DNA of 64,000 nucleotides, taken from the NCBI GenBank assembly GCA_050945515.1, contig JBMNTB010000006.1:13548-77547 (forward strand). The letters are read 5' to 3'. This stretch comes from Saccharofermentanales bacterium. GTDB taxonomy: Bacteria > Bacillota > Clostridia > Saccharofermentanales > DTU023. Below the pieces are notes generated by a model. That model ran no database searches and had not been told where the DNA came from. It saw only the letters and a program-made list of their open reading frames with translations. Made by a program: the position numbers and the translations under genes. This document shows, in pieces, positions 35,766 to 45,298 of the stretch. How positions within the stretch are numbered: position 1 is the stretch's first letter; every line of letters begins with the position of its first letter.

Positions 35766-36542
35766 TTAGACCAAAGGCTCATTCGTTTCATTTGCGCGAA
35801 AGTCCAGTACTTCTTCCCATTCAGCAGCCGAAAGCGGATATTGTTCCAGCAGGTCAGGCCTTCGTTCCAAAGTAGCATTCAATGCTGCCAATCTGCGCCA
35901 ACGTTTGATGTCAGCTTCGTGACCGGAAAGTAGCACTGCAGGAACATGATGGCCGCGCCAATCGGCAGGCCTGGTATAGTGTGGTTCCTCCAATATCCCC
36001 TGGGCATGGGACTCATGTTGCTTAGCGGTATCAGATAATACTCCCGGTATCAGTCTACTTATGGCATCAATAACAATTAATGCCCCCAGCTCACCGCCGG
36101 TCAGAACAAAATCACCGAGAGAAACTTCCTCGGCGCCTGTTTTTTCAATGACCCTCTCGTCAACACCTTCATAATGACCGCAGATAAGAATTATCTGCTC
36201 CATTTCTAGCAGTTCAATAGCATATTGATGATTAAAAATTCGGCCGCGGGGAGACAATAATAAAGTTTTTGTTCCGCTTTTTACTTGGGATTTACAGGCA
36301 GAATCGGGTTCCAGATTATTGGCGCAACACCAAGCTCGCCAGATTGGCTCCGCCATCATCAACATCCCATTGCCACCACCGTATAGATTGTCATCTACCT
36401 TGCCATATTCATTGACGGCAAAATCACGGATCTGAATTAAATCTATCTCCAGTAACTTCTTGTCAACAGCGCGTCCTAGAATCGAAGACTCCAGATATGG
36501 CAAGATCGCTTCGGGAAATAATGTTAAGACTTGGAATTTCAT
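35766..36542 (-). CDS. trmD: tRNA (guanine37-N1)-methyltransferase
   Basis: MKFQVLTLFPE..., YGGGNGMLM, GHYEGVDERV, SLGDFVLTGGEL. It overlaps rimM by 4 nt. Confidence 0.95.
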   Translation of the reverse strand: MKFQVLTLFPEAILPYLESSILGRAVDKKLLEIDLIQIRDFAVNEYGKVDDNLYGGGNGMLMMAEPIWRAWCCANNLEPDSACKSQVKSGTKTLLLSPRGRIFNHQYAIELLEMEQIILICGHYEGVDERVIEKTGAEEVSLGDFVLTGGELGALIVIDAISRLIPGVLSDTAKQHESHAQGILEEPHYTRPADWRGHHVPAVLLSGHEADIKRWRRLAALNATLERRPDLLEQYPLSAAEWEEVLDFRANETNEPLV

Positions 36543-37087
36543 CTCTCAGACTCACGATATATCTCATACAATCCCGCGGGTAATTCAACATCGATTCTTT
36601 CACTATACGGATCAATCGAAATCAAAATTGACTTCAGAGCCGGGAAAAGCAAATCCTTTTTCTGTTTATCCTCAACAATATATACATCATGATGCGGTTG
36701 CTGCAGAATGTCCTTAACAGTACCTAAATAGCCTCTAGTAATGTCATATACACTGCATCCAATCAAATCAGCAATGTACCAGCTATCCTTGTCCAGCGCA
36801 AGCGCTTCGCTCCGGGCAACACACAGCTCACTGTTGATTAATTCCTGAGCTTTATCTTTAGAATCAATGCCGTTTAATCTTAACAAGACCTGTCGGCGAA
36901 GAAATTTAGCTTCTGTAACTTCATATTCACAGAAACTATCAGATATTCCCTTGAGCAAAACTCTTGTCAATTTGAGGAATCGGTCAGGCTCATCAGTTAG
37001 CGGCCTGACCTTTAGTCTCCCTTCAATGCCATGGGTCCCAACTATGATACCAATAACAAAATGGCTACTGATCAATTTAGGCCTCAA
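36539..37087 (-). CDS. rimM: 16S rRNA processing protein RimM
   Basis: GIIVGTHGIEGRLKV N-terminus and a PRC-barrel C-terminus. It has the conserved position between the KH protein gene and trmD. Confidence 0.9.
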   Translation of the reverse strand: MRPKLISSHFVIGIIVGTHGIEGRLKVRPLTDEPDRFLKLTRVLLKGISDSFCEYEVTEAKFLRRQVLLRLNGIDSKDKAQELINSELCVARSEALALDKDSWYIADLIGCSVYDITRGYLGTVKDILQQPHHDVYIVEDKQKKDLLFPALKSILISIDPYSERIDVELPAGLYEIYRESER

Positions 37088-37314
37088 TCAATAATTTCTA
37101 CCATAACACGACGACCTTCCAACGCCGCCCTAGCCTTCATGATCGTTCTAATCGCATTAGCGCGCTTACCGCCTTTGCCTATCACCCGTCCCATATCTTC
37201 CGGAGCAACATGAATTTCCAGAACCAGCTGACGATTTTTCTCATTACTAATAATAGAAATTTCCTCAGGGTAATGAACCAGTGGTGTTATTAATGTGCGC
37301 AAGAAATCTTTCAT
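37084..37314 (-). CDS. KH-domain RNA-binding protein (YlqC/UPF0109)
   Basis: 76-aa product MKDFLRTLITPLV...GRVIGKGGKRANAIRTIM. The ATG at 37314 lies 1 nt after the rpsP stop. The 142-aa ORF-track version is an out-of-frame run through the rpsP tail. Confidence 0.85.
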   Translation of the reverse strand: MKDFLRTLITPLVHYPEEISIISNEKNRQLVLEIHVAPEDMGRVIGKGGKRANAIRTIMKARAALEGRRVMVEIID

Positions 37315-37315
37315 C

Positions 37316-37738
37316 TTACTCAGCCTCGACATCAACTGCGGCTTCATCCGTACCGGAATCTTGCTCCGCGGCAGTTGCAGCGTCATTTGTATCAGCTTCA
37401 TCAGCAGGCTTATCTTCGGGTTCAACCGCTGCTTGTTCTGCAGGTTCAATCGGAGCTTCAGAAGGTGCCTTTTTGCTGTTTGGGGTAGCCTTGCCGGGCA
37501 GAACTCCTGCATTAACTAAGATACTTCTTACGGTATCAGTCGGCTGAGCTCCTTTAGCCAACCAGTCTCTTGCAGCCTCCTCATCAATTTTGAGCTGCTT
37601 AGGATTGGACTGCGGATTATAAAATCCGATCTCCTGAATGAACCTTCCATCGCGAGGTGAACGAGAATCTGCCACCACGATCCGATAGCTGGGTTGTTTT
37701 TTAGCGCCAGTGCGCTTTAAACGAATTTTTACTGCCAT
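37316..37738 (-). CDS. rpsP: 30S ribosomal protein S16 with a C-terminal acidic Ala/Glu/Asp-rich extension of about 55 aa
   Basis: [42 protein letters not shown]. The ATG at 37738 is preceded by a GGAGG SD. The ORF-track TTG at 37750 lies inside that SD. Confidence 0.9.
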   Translation of the reverse strand: MAVKIRLKRTGAKKQPSYRIVVADSRSPRDGRFIQEIGFYNPQSNPKQLKIDEEAARDWLAKGAQPTDTVRSILVNAGVLPGKATPNSKKAPSEAPIEPAEQAAVEPEDKPADEADTNDAATAAEQDSGTDEAAVDVEAE

Positions 37739-37784
37739 TTTTTCCTCCAACGAAGATTATTATTTATCTAGCAACAGTGTCTGC

Positions 37785-39128
37785 CTAAAAACTAAGGCCG
37801 AATCTACTGAGCATACCTTTTTTTCCGCCTTTTGACATACCTGAAAATTGCTTCATCAGTTTTTGCGTCTGCTCATACTGTTTGATCAGACGATTTACAT
37901 CTTGGATCGATGTTCCTGATCCACTGGCTATGCGTTTTCTTCTGCTGGCATTGAGGATCTTAGGATTGTTGCGCTCACGCATTGTCATAGAACGAATGAT
38001 TGCGGCAAGGCGATCAAATTCCTTCTCATCTACTTCCGCTCCTTTAAGTTTTCCCGCTCCGCCGGGGAGCATCGCCATCATGTCCTGCATCGAGCCCAGA
38101 TTTTTCACCTGTTCAAACTGTTCCAGCATGTCCTGCAATGTAAATTGATTTTTCTGTAAGCGCTCCAGAGTTTTTTGTGCTTTAGCCTCATCTATCTGGC
38201 GAGCAGCCTTTTCCACCAGGGTTACTACGTCACCCATACCCAGTATCCGCGAAGCCATTCGTTCCGGATGAAAAACCTCCATCTGGTCGATTTTTTCACC
38301 CATACCGACCAACTTAATCGGTTTTCCGGTCATGCGTCTGATTGAAAGCGCCGCTCCCCCTCGCGCATCACCGTCTAGCTTGGTCATGATAAAGCCGTCC
38401 AGACCAATATATTTATCAAACTCTAATGCAACGTTGACAGCTTCTTGGCCAATCATGGCATCAACTATCAATAATTTTTCATCAGGGTTTATTGCTAAGG
38501 CAATAGCTTTTAGTTCATCCATCATCTCCTGATCAATTGTTGTGCGACCGGCAGTATCAACAATCAAAGTATCACAGAGCAAATACTTTCCTCTATCCAG
38601 TGCTTCAGTTGCAATCAAGTCAGCTCTCTTTTCAGTTTTGTTTATATAACATGGAACATCAATACTTTCCGCCAGAATCTGCAACTGATCCGCTGCTGCA
38701 GGACGGTGTACATCAACAGAAGTAAGTATTGGCTTCTTACCTTGTTCTTTAAGCAAATAAGCAAGTTTAGCCGCAGTTGTAGTTTTACCTGCACCCTGTA
38801 AGCCATAGAGCATATATACAGTGAATCCTCTGGGATTTACAGCTAGTTTGCTCTCTGAGCCACCCAGTATTTCAGTTAAAGCATCATTAACAATTTTGAC
38901 TATTTGCTGACCGGGAGTGATGCTTTTGATTATTTCCTTTCCCTCAGCTTGCTCTGAAATCTCTTTAGTTAAATCTTTTACAACCTGATAATGGACATCA
39001 GCTTCTAACAAAGCTAATCTGATTTCACGCATCATATCTTTCAAGTCGCGTTCGGTAATTCTACCCTTGCCGCGTATACGATCAGTTATCGCTTGTAGCT
39101 TTTCAGATAATCCAGAAAAAACAGCCAT
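37785..39128 (-). CDS. ffh: Signal recognition particle protein Ffh
   Basis: N/G domains (GLQGAGKTTTAAKLA, DTAGR, TKLDGDARGGAALS) and a Met-rich M domain. Confidence 0.95.
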   Translation of the reverse strand: MAVFSGLSEKLQAITDRIRGKGRITERDLKDMMREIRLALLEADVHYQVVKDLTKEISEQAEGKEIIKSITPGQQIVKIVNDALTEILGGSESKLAVNPRGFTVYMLYGLQGAGKTTTAAKLAYLLKEQGKKPILTSVDVHRPAAADQLQILAESIDVPCYINKTEKRADLIATEALDRGKYLLCDTLIVDTAGRTTIDQEMMDELKAIALAINPDEKLLIVDAMIGQEAVNVALEFDKYIGLDGFIMTKLDGDARGGAALSIRRMTGKPIKLVGMGEKIDQMEVFHPERMASRILGMGDVVTLVEKAARQIDEAKAQKTLERLQKNQFTLQDMLEQFEQVKNLGSMQDMMAMLPGGAGKLKGAEVDEKEFDRLAAIIRSMTMRERNNPKILNASRRKRIASGSGTSIQDVNRLIKQYEQTQKLMKQFSGMSKGGKKGMLSRFGLSF

Positions 39129-39137
39129 TGATTCCCT

Positions 39138-39506
39138 CTATTTCTGTTCTAAAACATGTAATTGCTCTAAATTTTGCCAGTCTTTCAGCACTAATTCGAC
39201 ATCATCCCAGTCTCTGTTTTTAATCGCAGCCATTAAATTCAGGTGCAAACTTTTAGTGCTGGTGAAAAATTCAACCAGGTTTAGTGTCCGCTCAAATTCC
39301 CGCAGTTTATCAGCAGCACGATGTACAGTAGAGTTAACGGCCTGACGGGAAATTCCCTTCAGGGCGCTGATTTCGGCTAAAGAGAGATCCTCATAATAAA
39401 AGAGTCTCATGATATCTCTCTGCCTTGCATTGAGCAGGTCGCCATAAAAATCAAGCAAGGTACACAGCTGCAAATGTTCTGTTTCCGGGTCATAATTTTG
39501 GCACAT
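39138..39506 (-). CDS. ylxM: YlxM/p13-like HTH protein (UPF0122), SRP operon component
   Basis: LLDFYGDLLNARQRDIMRLFYYEDLSLAEISALKGISRQAV matches the YlxM pattern, and the gene lies immediately upstream of ffh as in B. subtilis. Confidence 0.8.
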   Translation of the reverse strand: MCQNYDPETEHLQLCTLLDFYGDLLNARQRDIMRLFYYEDLSLAEISALKGISRQAVNSTVHRAADKLREFERTLNLVEFFTSTKSLHLNLMAAIKNRDWDDVELVLKDWQNLEQLHVLEQK

Positions 39507-39512
39507 ATGGAA

Positions 39513-39541
39513 ATCATAACGGGAAAGACTATGGCTGTCAA
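39513..39541 (-). promoter_or_regulatory. Candidate promoter TTGACA-N17-TATGAT placed 6 nt from the ylxM ATG (leaderless geometry)
   Basis: The minus strand reads TTGACA (39541-39536), a 17-nt spacer, TATGAT (39518-39513), then ttccat, then the ATG at 39506. There is no SD. Confidence 0.5.
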
Positions 39542-39590
39542 GCTAAAATGTTGACACCGACACCGCCGTCAGTAGTGCGGATTCATCAGG

Positions 39591-40508
39591 CTATTCCTCC
39601 GGCAGCAATGACTCTACAAACAATTTCGCATCAAAATTAGCCAGGTCATCAATGCCTTCACCTAAACCGGCATAAAGCAAGGGTAGCGACATCTCATCAG
39701 CAACTGCAAGAGCGACGCCGCCCTTTGCACTGCCGTCAAGCTTAGTAATAATCAAGCCATCCAGTGAGACAGACTCATTAAAGGCTCGAGCTTGAACAAC
39801 AGCGTTTTGGCCGGTTGTAGCATCCAGAACCAGTAGATTTTGAATGATAGCAGATACCTCTTGACCCTCACGGGCTGCTACTCTATGCATCTTTTCCATT
39901 TCGCTCATCAGATTCGGTTTATTGTGCAGACGGCCGGCGGTATCGATGATCAGTAATTTGACATCTCTGGCTTTAGCAGATTGCATTGCATCATAAACGA
40001 CAGAAGCAGGATCCGTTCCCAAGGTATTGGATATGACAGGAACATTGGCTCTTTCTCCCCAAATTTTTAACTGATCTATGGCAGCGGCACGAAAAGTATC
40101 TGCTGCAGCCAACATGGTCTTAATGCCTTGCTTCTGAAATTGATAAGCAATTTTCCCGGCAGTTGTTGTCTTACCGGTTCCGTTAACACCGACCATAAAA
40201 ACAACATTGAGCGAACTGAAATCGGGAGTGAAAGCTTTCGTCTGCAAAATATTCAGCATATCCTGTCTCAGTGTTGACAGAACATGTTCCCTATCTACTT
40301 TGCCATCAGTTCTTATTTTGTCCCGGATAGATTCAACTAATTTGGTTGAGACCTCTATGCCACAATCGGCCTGGATCAAAATCATCTCTAACTCATCCAA
40401 AAAGTCCTCGTCAAAAATGCCAAAGCTTGCAGCCACACGATTGAAGCTCTCCGTAACGAATTGTCTCGTTTTAGATAAGCCGTCTTTAAATTTATTTAAT
40501 AAGCTCAT
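39591..40508 (-). CDS. ftsY: Signal recognition particle receptor FtsY
   Basis: NG domain (GVNGTGKTTTAGKIA, DTAGRL, TKLDGSAKGG) and length of 305 aa. Confidence 0.95.
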   Translation of the reverse strand: MSLLNKFKDGLSKTRQFVTESFNRVAASFGIFDEDFLDELEMILIQADCGIEVSTKLVESIRDKIRTDGKVDREHVLSTLRQDMLNILQTKAFTPDFSSLNVVFMVGVNGTGKTTTAGKIAYQFQKQGIKTMLAAADTFRAAAIDQLKIWGERANVPVISNTLGTDPASVVYDAMQSAKARDVKLLIIDTAGRLHNKPNLMSEMEKMHRVAAREGQEVSAIIQNLLVLDATTGQNAVVQARAFNESVSLDGLIITKLDGSAKGGVALAVADEMSLPLLYAGLGEGIDDLANFDAKLFVESLLPEE

Positions 40509-40530
40509 TTTCTCTCCTGATATTTATTGT

Positions 40531-43500
40531 CTAATCCTCAGGATAGTCTGACAGTTTCATAGAGTAAATACTGGAGACTCCCCTTTCCTGCATAGTTACA
40601 CCATAAAGTCGTTCCGCTGCCTCCATAGTTCCCTTGCGGTGTGTGACCAGAATAAATTGAGTATTGTCGGCATAGCGCTTGATATAATCAGTAAATCTTA
40701 GAACATTGGCATCGTCAAGCGTCGATTCAACCTCGTCAAAAACGCAGAACGGCGCCGGCTTCATTCTGAGGATGGCAAACAGTAAGGCAATAGCTGTCAG
40801 GCTCCTCTCGCCACCTGAGAGTAAACTCAGATTCTGCAAACGCTTGCCTGGTGGTTGTGCCTTAATAATAATATCAGTACTGAGAATTTCATTTGTATCC
40901 TGTAAAGATAATTCGGCATAACCTCCTCCAAATAATTCCCTAAACACTGAATCAAAATTAATACTGATCTCAGTGAAATAGTGCCGGAACTGATCAGACA
41001 TTGCCAAATCAAGATCTTTAATCAAATCTGTCAGCTCTCTCCTGGACAGCTCAATATCATTGCGTTGCTTTGTCATAAAATCATATCGGTCCATTAGGCT
41101 TTCATACTCGCGGATAGCATCCACATTGACGGTGCCCAATTCCCTGATTTTTAAACGCAACTGGTTAAATTCCTTTTGAGATTTATTGTAACTGACAATA
41201 TCTTGCTTCCAATCCTGTGCGGTAGCTTCAGTAAGCTCATATTCCTCCCAGAGGCGATTACGTAATACATCATTGCTCTGATCTATTCTTACTAGCGCCT
41301 CTTCAAGCCTAACTAATTCGCCTTTGATTGAGGATAGACTCTCACTTTGAGCTTCTATACTATGGAATAGTCTCAGTCGCTTATCTTCTAAAAGGGCCTT
41401 TTCTTTATTCTGTTCATCAATTTCCGCTATCGAGCTGGAAATACCGTCTCGTACCTGATCTACTTCAGATGATAATTGTTCAAGGCCTAACATATTGTCT
41501 GAATACTGTTGTTCGGCTGTAACTACAAGTTGCTCCAGTTGAGAACGCCTCAATTCATCAGACACTGCTTGTTCATTAAGATGCTTAATAAAGTCAATAA
41601 TACCAGCCAAAGACTGCTCAATTGATCCCAGGGCTATCTTTAGATCAGTTTGCTGTTCACGCAATCTATCACGTTCCGCCCTGGCAGCTTCCCTTTTCGA
41701 ACTTTCCTGCTCGATTTTTACTGTCAGTGTAGCTAGAGTTTCTCGTTCGTTGTTTAGTTCCTCTTGGGCTGCTATGTTCTGCTCTTGCAGTTTGGTTTTC
41801 ACAGCTGATAATTCTGTTAAGGTAGTCTCTAAATGCTCTGATTCATATTTTAGTTTATTTTCGGTTTCTAAAAAGCCATCCAGTTTTAAACGTTGACTGC
41901 TTAATTTCTCTGAAAGTTGCTGTATCTCAGCCATAATCTCATCATTTTGGGCTGTGGTCACAAGCAGTTCAGCACGAGCCTCATCCAGTTTGTGACTCAA
42001 CTCCGGTCGGATATTATACAAATGATCAATTCTACGGCCGAGTTCTGCGATTCTACTGCTTCTGCCAACAATACCCGATGCGGAACGCTTAATAGAACCG
42101 CCGCTTATTGAACCGCCGGGGTGAATAACATCACCATCCAGTGTTACAATTCTACAGCCATATTGTATAGCACTGGCCATTGTCCGGGCATGATCTAAGG
42201 TATCGCAAACCAGTATGCGTCCAAGCTGATATTCCACAACATTTTTAATTGATTCCGGAAAACTGACTAGATCCGAGGCGAGACCCAGATAACCGGGATT
42301 ATTTTGTGCACCAGCAATCAGATCCGAGCTGAGCTTTCTAGGTGTTATAGTTTCAAGTGGTAAAAAAGTGGCACGTCCATTATCAGTCTCTCGCAGCCAT
42401 TCAATAAGAATTTGAGCACTTTTTGCAGTATTTGTAACAAGATAATTGGCACTGGCAGCGAGTGCCACCTCTATGGCCGTTTCAAATTCTGGAGACATGT
42501 CAATCAGTGCACCAAGAGGCCCTATCATATCCGGCGCAAAGTCAGCGTCAGACTGCACTTTCTGCATAATTTTCTTGACAGGGGCTTGATATCCCTCTAA
42601 ATTCTCTTCCAACTTAGTTAATGTCGACTGCTGGTATTGATAGTCTCTAATCTGCTGGAGAATATTATCATGCTCTGCCGCCAAATTATTAATTTCTAAA
42701 TTTTTCTTGTTAAGGAATTGATCAGTTTCACTGCGTTGTGCAGACAAAAGGGAAATATTTTGTTCTAAAGCAGTCAAAGCCGTTTGGGCTTCTATTTTAG
42801 CCCTGTTTAGATCAGCTTGCTCTGATTCAAATGAAATTATCTGCTGCTTCAGACTGTTCTGTTGTCTGTCCAGCAACTCAATTTCGCTCTGAAGTCTGAT
42901 CTGGTCTGTTTCAATAGCAAAAATCTTTTCCCGCGTGGAAGATAACTCCTGTCTGCGGTGATCCTGCGCTTGAGCCTGTTCGTCCATTTGTGCCAACAGC
43001 GCTTGAAACTGTTCCTCGACCCCTGATAGTTGTTTTCCAAATGCTTCTTTCTGACGTTCTAAAACATTTTGTTTATGTTCTCTCGTCTCTTGCTCAGCCA
43101 CTAGTAGCTCTTGTTGTCTTGACAGTCTTTCCAGTTCAGAAAGAGCTTCCGTTTTCTCCCGGGTCAAATGTTTATTTTGCTCATTGAGCAAGCCAATTTT
43201 ATTGGTCTTAAGAGATAATTCATCAAGCGCTTGCGCATATTCCTGACGCAGATTATCAGCACACTGCTCAAGCTCACGGATGCTGTGACCGGTCGATTCA
43301 TAATCTTGTCTAACACGGGCAACTTCCGTCTCAGCAGCTGCAAGATCTTCCGACAGACGGTTCCTGGCTTCAGACTGTCTGCTGGCCTCATGCTTCCTAA
43401 CGTCTAATTGATGTAGTATCAAGGCGATATCTAACTTTTTTGCACTGGTGGATAATTCCAGAAAAACTCGGGCCTTTTCTGCTTGATTTTGCAAATGAGG

Positions 43501-44106
43501 TAATCTGTCTGCTAATTCGTTAAGAATGTCATTGATTCTAATCAGATTAGTATCTGTTCGTTCCAGTTTGCGTTCTGCTTCAAGTTTTCGTGTCTTGTAC
43601 TTTACTATACCTGATGCTTCATCAAATATTCGTCTTCTGTCCTCAGACCTGGAACTTAAGACTTCATCGACCTTGCCCTGACTGATCAGAGAATAACCAT
43701 CTCTCCCAATGCCCGTATCCATGAACAGTGCTGTAATATCCTTCAGTCGGCAAGGCGTCTGATTAATTAAATATTCACTCTCACCGGAGCGGTAATACCT
43801 GCGGACAATCCGTAGATGCTTATATTCCAGCGGCAAGGCCTGGTCACTATTATCAAAATTAATTGCAACCTCCGCAAAGCCCATGGCACGGCGATTTTCA
43901 GTGCCGTTAAAGACAACATCCTCCATCTTGTCGCCACGCAGAGAACGCACGCTCTGTTCGCCTAGAACCCATCTAATGGCATCAGTTACATTAGATTTTC
44001 CGGATCCATTCGGCCCGACAATTGCAGTGATACCTTTATGGAATTCAATCACCGTGTACTCGGGAAAAGATTTAAACCCCTGCATCTCCAGGGAAGTCAA
44101 ATGCAT
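40531..44106 (-). CDS. smc: Chromosome partition protein Smc
   Basis: 1191 aa. N-terminal Walker A GPNGSGKSN, long coiled coils with a central hinge, and a C-terminal signature LSGGERSLTAIALLFA plus Walker B FCVFDEVESTLD. Confidence 0.95.
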   Translation of the reverse strand: MHLTSLEMQGFKSFPEYTVIEFHKGITAIVGPNGSGKSNVTDAIRWVLGEQSVRSLRGDKMEDVVFNGTENRRAMGFAEVAINFDNSDQALPLEYKHLRIVRRYYRSGESEYLINQTPCRLKDITALFMDTGIGRDGYSLISQGKVDEVLSSRSEDRRRIFDEASGIVKYKTRKLEAERKLERTDTNLIRINDILNELADRLPHLQNQAEKARVFLELSTSAKKLDIALILHQLDVRKHEASRQSEARNRLSEDLAAAETEVARVRQDYESTGHSIRELEQCADNLRQEYAQALDELSLKTNKIGLLNEQNKHLTREKTEALSELERLSRQQELLVAEQETREHKQNVLERQKEAFGKQLSGVEEQFQALLAQMDEQAQAQDHRRQELSSTREKIFAIETDQIRLQSEIELLDRQQNSLKQQIISFESEQADLNRAKIEAQTALTALEQNISLLSAQRSETDQFLNKKNLEINNLAAEHDNILQQIRDYQYQQSTLTKLEENLEGYQAPVKKIMQKVQSDADFAPDMIGPLGALIDMSPEFETAIEVALAASANYLVTNTAKSAQILIEWLRETDNGRATFLPLETITPRKLSSDLIAGAQNNPGYLGLASDLVSFPESIKNVVEYQLGRILVCDTLDHARTMASAIQYGCRIVTLDGDVIHPGGSISGGSIKRSASGIVGRSSRIAELGRRIDHLYNIRPELSHKLDEARAELLVTTAQNDEIMAEIQQLSEKLSSQRLKLDGFLETENKLKYESEHLETTLTELSAVKTKLQEQNIAAQEELNNERETLATLTVKIEQESSKREAARAERDRLREQQTDLKIALGSIEQSLAGIIDFIKHLNEQAVSDELRRSQLEQLVVTAEQQYSDNMLGLEQLSSEVDQVRDGISSSIAEIDEQNKEKALLEDKRLRLFHSIEAQSESLSSIKGELVRLEEALVRIDQSNDVLRNRLWEEYELTEATAQDWKQDIVSYNKSQKEFNQLRLKIRELGTVNVDAIREYESLMDRYDFMTKQRNDIELSRRELTDLIKDLDLAMSDQFRHYFTEISINFDSVFRELFGGGYAELSLQDTNEILSTDIIIKAQPPGKRLQNLSLLSGGERSLTAIALLFAILRMKPAPFCVFDEVESTLDDANVLRFTDYIKRYADNTQFILVTHRKGTMEAAERLYGVTMQERGVSSIYSMKLSDYPED

Positions 44107-44861
44107 TAATCGCCCACCCCGTCTTGAATACTCTCAGTAAGGTCTGAGAGCAAACCACAGCCGGAATCATCACAGACTATCATGGTTAATGCTTTACGAG
44201 CTGCGTTCTGTTCGGCTTCCTTTTTGCTGCTGCCACGTCCTGACGTAACTTCTATATCGTCAATAATAACTGCAGCCGTAAACGTTCGGTCATGCACAGG
44301 TCCTTCCTCAGCGATGATAACAAAGTTAAGCGTGCTATGACCTTTGGCGGTCTGAACAAGCTCTAATAGCCTGCTCTTAAAATCATATTGTATTTCCCCA
44401 CTCATCGCCAGTTCCAGATAGGAGGCCAAGAGTGCAACAATAACTTTCCTGGCGCTGGACAAGCCGCCATCCAGGTAAACAGCTCCGAAAACGGCTTCCA
44501 GCGTATTGGCGAGATTCGAAGGTTTTGTTGAACCTCCTGTCATCAATTCACCCTTACCCAGCTGTAAATATTTCGCAAGCGAGATATCCGAAGCAGCTCT
44601 AGCTAAAGTCCGTTCACAGACTACAAGAGATCGCGCCTTAGTCATTTCCCCTTCTTGGGGTTTGCCGGGCATGAAGAAGAGGCGCTCACTGATAATTAGT
44701 TGTAAAACAGCATCACCAAGAAATTCAAGACGTTCATTATTTTCAATGCCACGGTTTTCATACGCATATGTAGAGTGAGTGAGAGCTGTTTCCAATAACT
44801 GAGGATTTTTGAAATCATAAGACAAAATACTCATTAATTCCTGCAAATCTTTCTTTTCCAT
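44106..44861 (-). CDS. rnc: Ribonuclease III
   Basis: RNase III signature NERLEFLGDAVL and a dsRBD (GPVHDRTFTAAV...GSSKKEAEQNAA). A TAATG overlap with the smc start suggests translational coupling. Confidence 0.93.
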   Translation of the reverse strand: MEKKDLQELMSILSYDFKNPQLLETALTHSTYAYENRGIENNERLEFLGDAVLQLIISERLFFMPGKPQEGEMTKARSLVVCERTLARAASDISLAKYLQLGKGELMTGGSTKPSNLANTLEAVFGAVYLDGGLSSARKVIVALLASYLELAMSGEIQYDFKSRLLELVQTAKGHSTLNFVIIAEEGPVHDRTFTAAVIIDDIEVTSGRGSSKKEAEQNAARKALTMIVCDDSGCGLLSDLTESIQDGVGD

Positions 44862-44877
44862 ATCTCACCTCCTCTTC

Positions 44878-44909
44878 AAAAAAAGAGCCCCTCAATACAT
44901 AAGGGGCTC
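44878..44909 (-). terminator. Rho-independent terminator after acpP
   Basis: The minus strand reads AGAGCCCCT-tatgtattg-AGGGGCTCT followed by TTTTTTT, then the GGAGGTG SD of rnc. Confidence 0.6.
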
Positions 44910-44928
44910 TGCTTAAACAATAATACGC

Positions 44929-45168
44929 CTAGATATTGGCCTGAATGAATGCGACAGCATCACCCACCGTTTTAATACGCTCTGCCTCCTCATCAGGTAT
45001 TGACAGGTCAAATTCCTGTTCCATAGTCATTACCATTTCAACAATGTCTAAAGAGTCAGCATTCATATCATCAATGAAGTTAGAATCCATTTTAATGGTT
45101 TCCGGACTGATACGCAATTGTTCAGCCAGCATATCGCGTACGCGTTCAAATATTTGTTCTGTAGTCAT
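44929..45168 (-). CDS. acpP: Acyl carrier protein
   Basis: 79 aa with the phosphopantetheine attachment motif [23 protein letters not shown] lies upstream. Confidence 0.93.
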   Translation of the reverse strand: MTTEQIFERVRDMLAEQLRISPETIKMDSNFIDDMNADSLDIVEMVMTMEQEFDLSIPDEEAERIKTVGDAVAFIQANI

Positions 45169-45298
45169 TATAGATTCCTCCTAAGAACTATTCTCCATAT
45201 TATAATAGCAGTGGTTTTCTGCATTAATATAATATTCTTAGTTGTTGATCAGCAAAATGTCAAGTGTAGACGCATGGATATTAACAGTTCGTCAACTA

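Noticed and set aside
37084-37512. 142-aa version of the KH-domain protein.
   Set aside because: The first 66 codons are an out-of-frame read through the rpsP tail. The conserved KH protein starts at the ATG at 37314, 1 nt after the rpsP stop.
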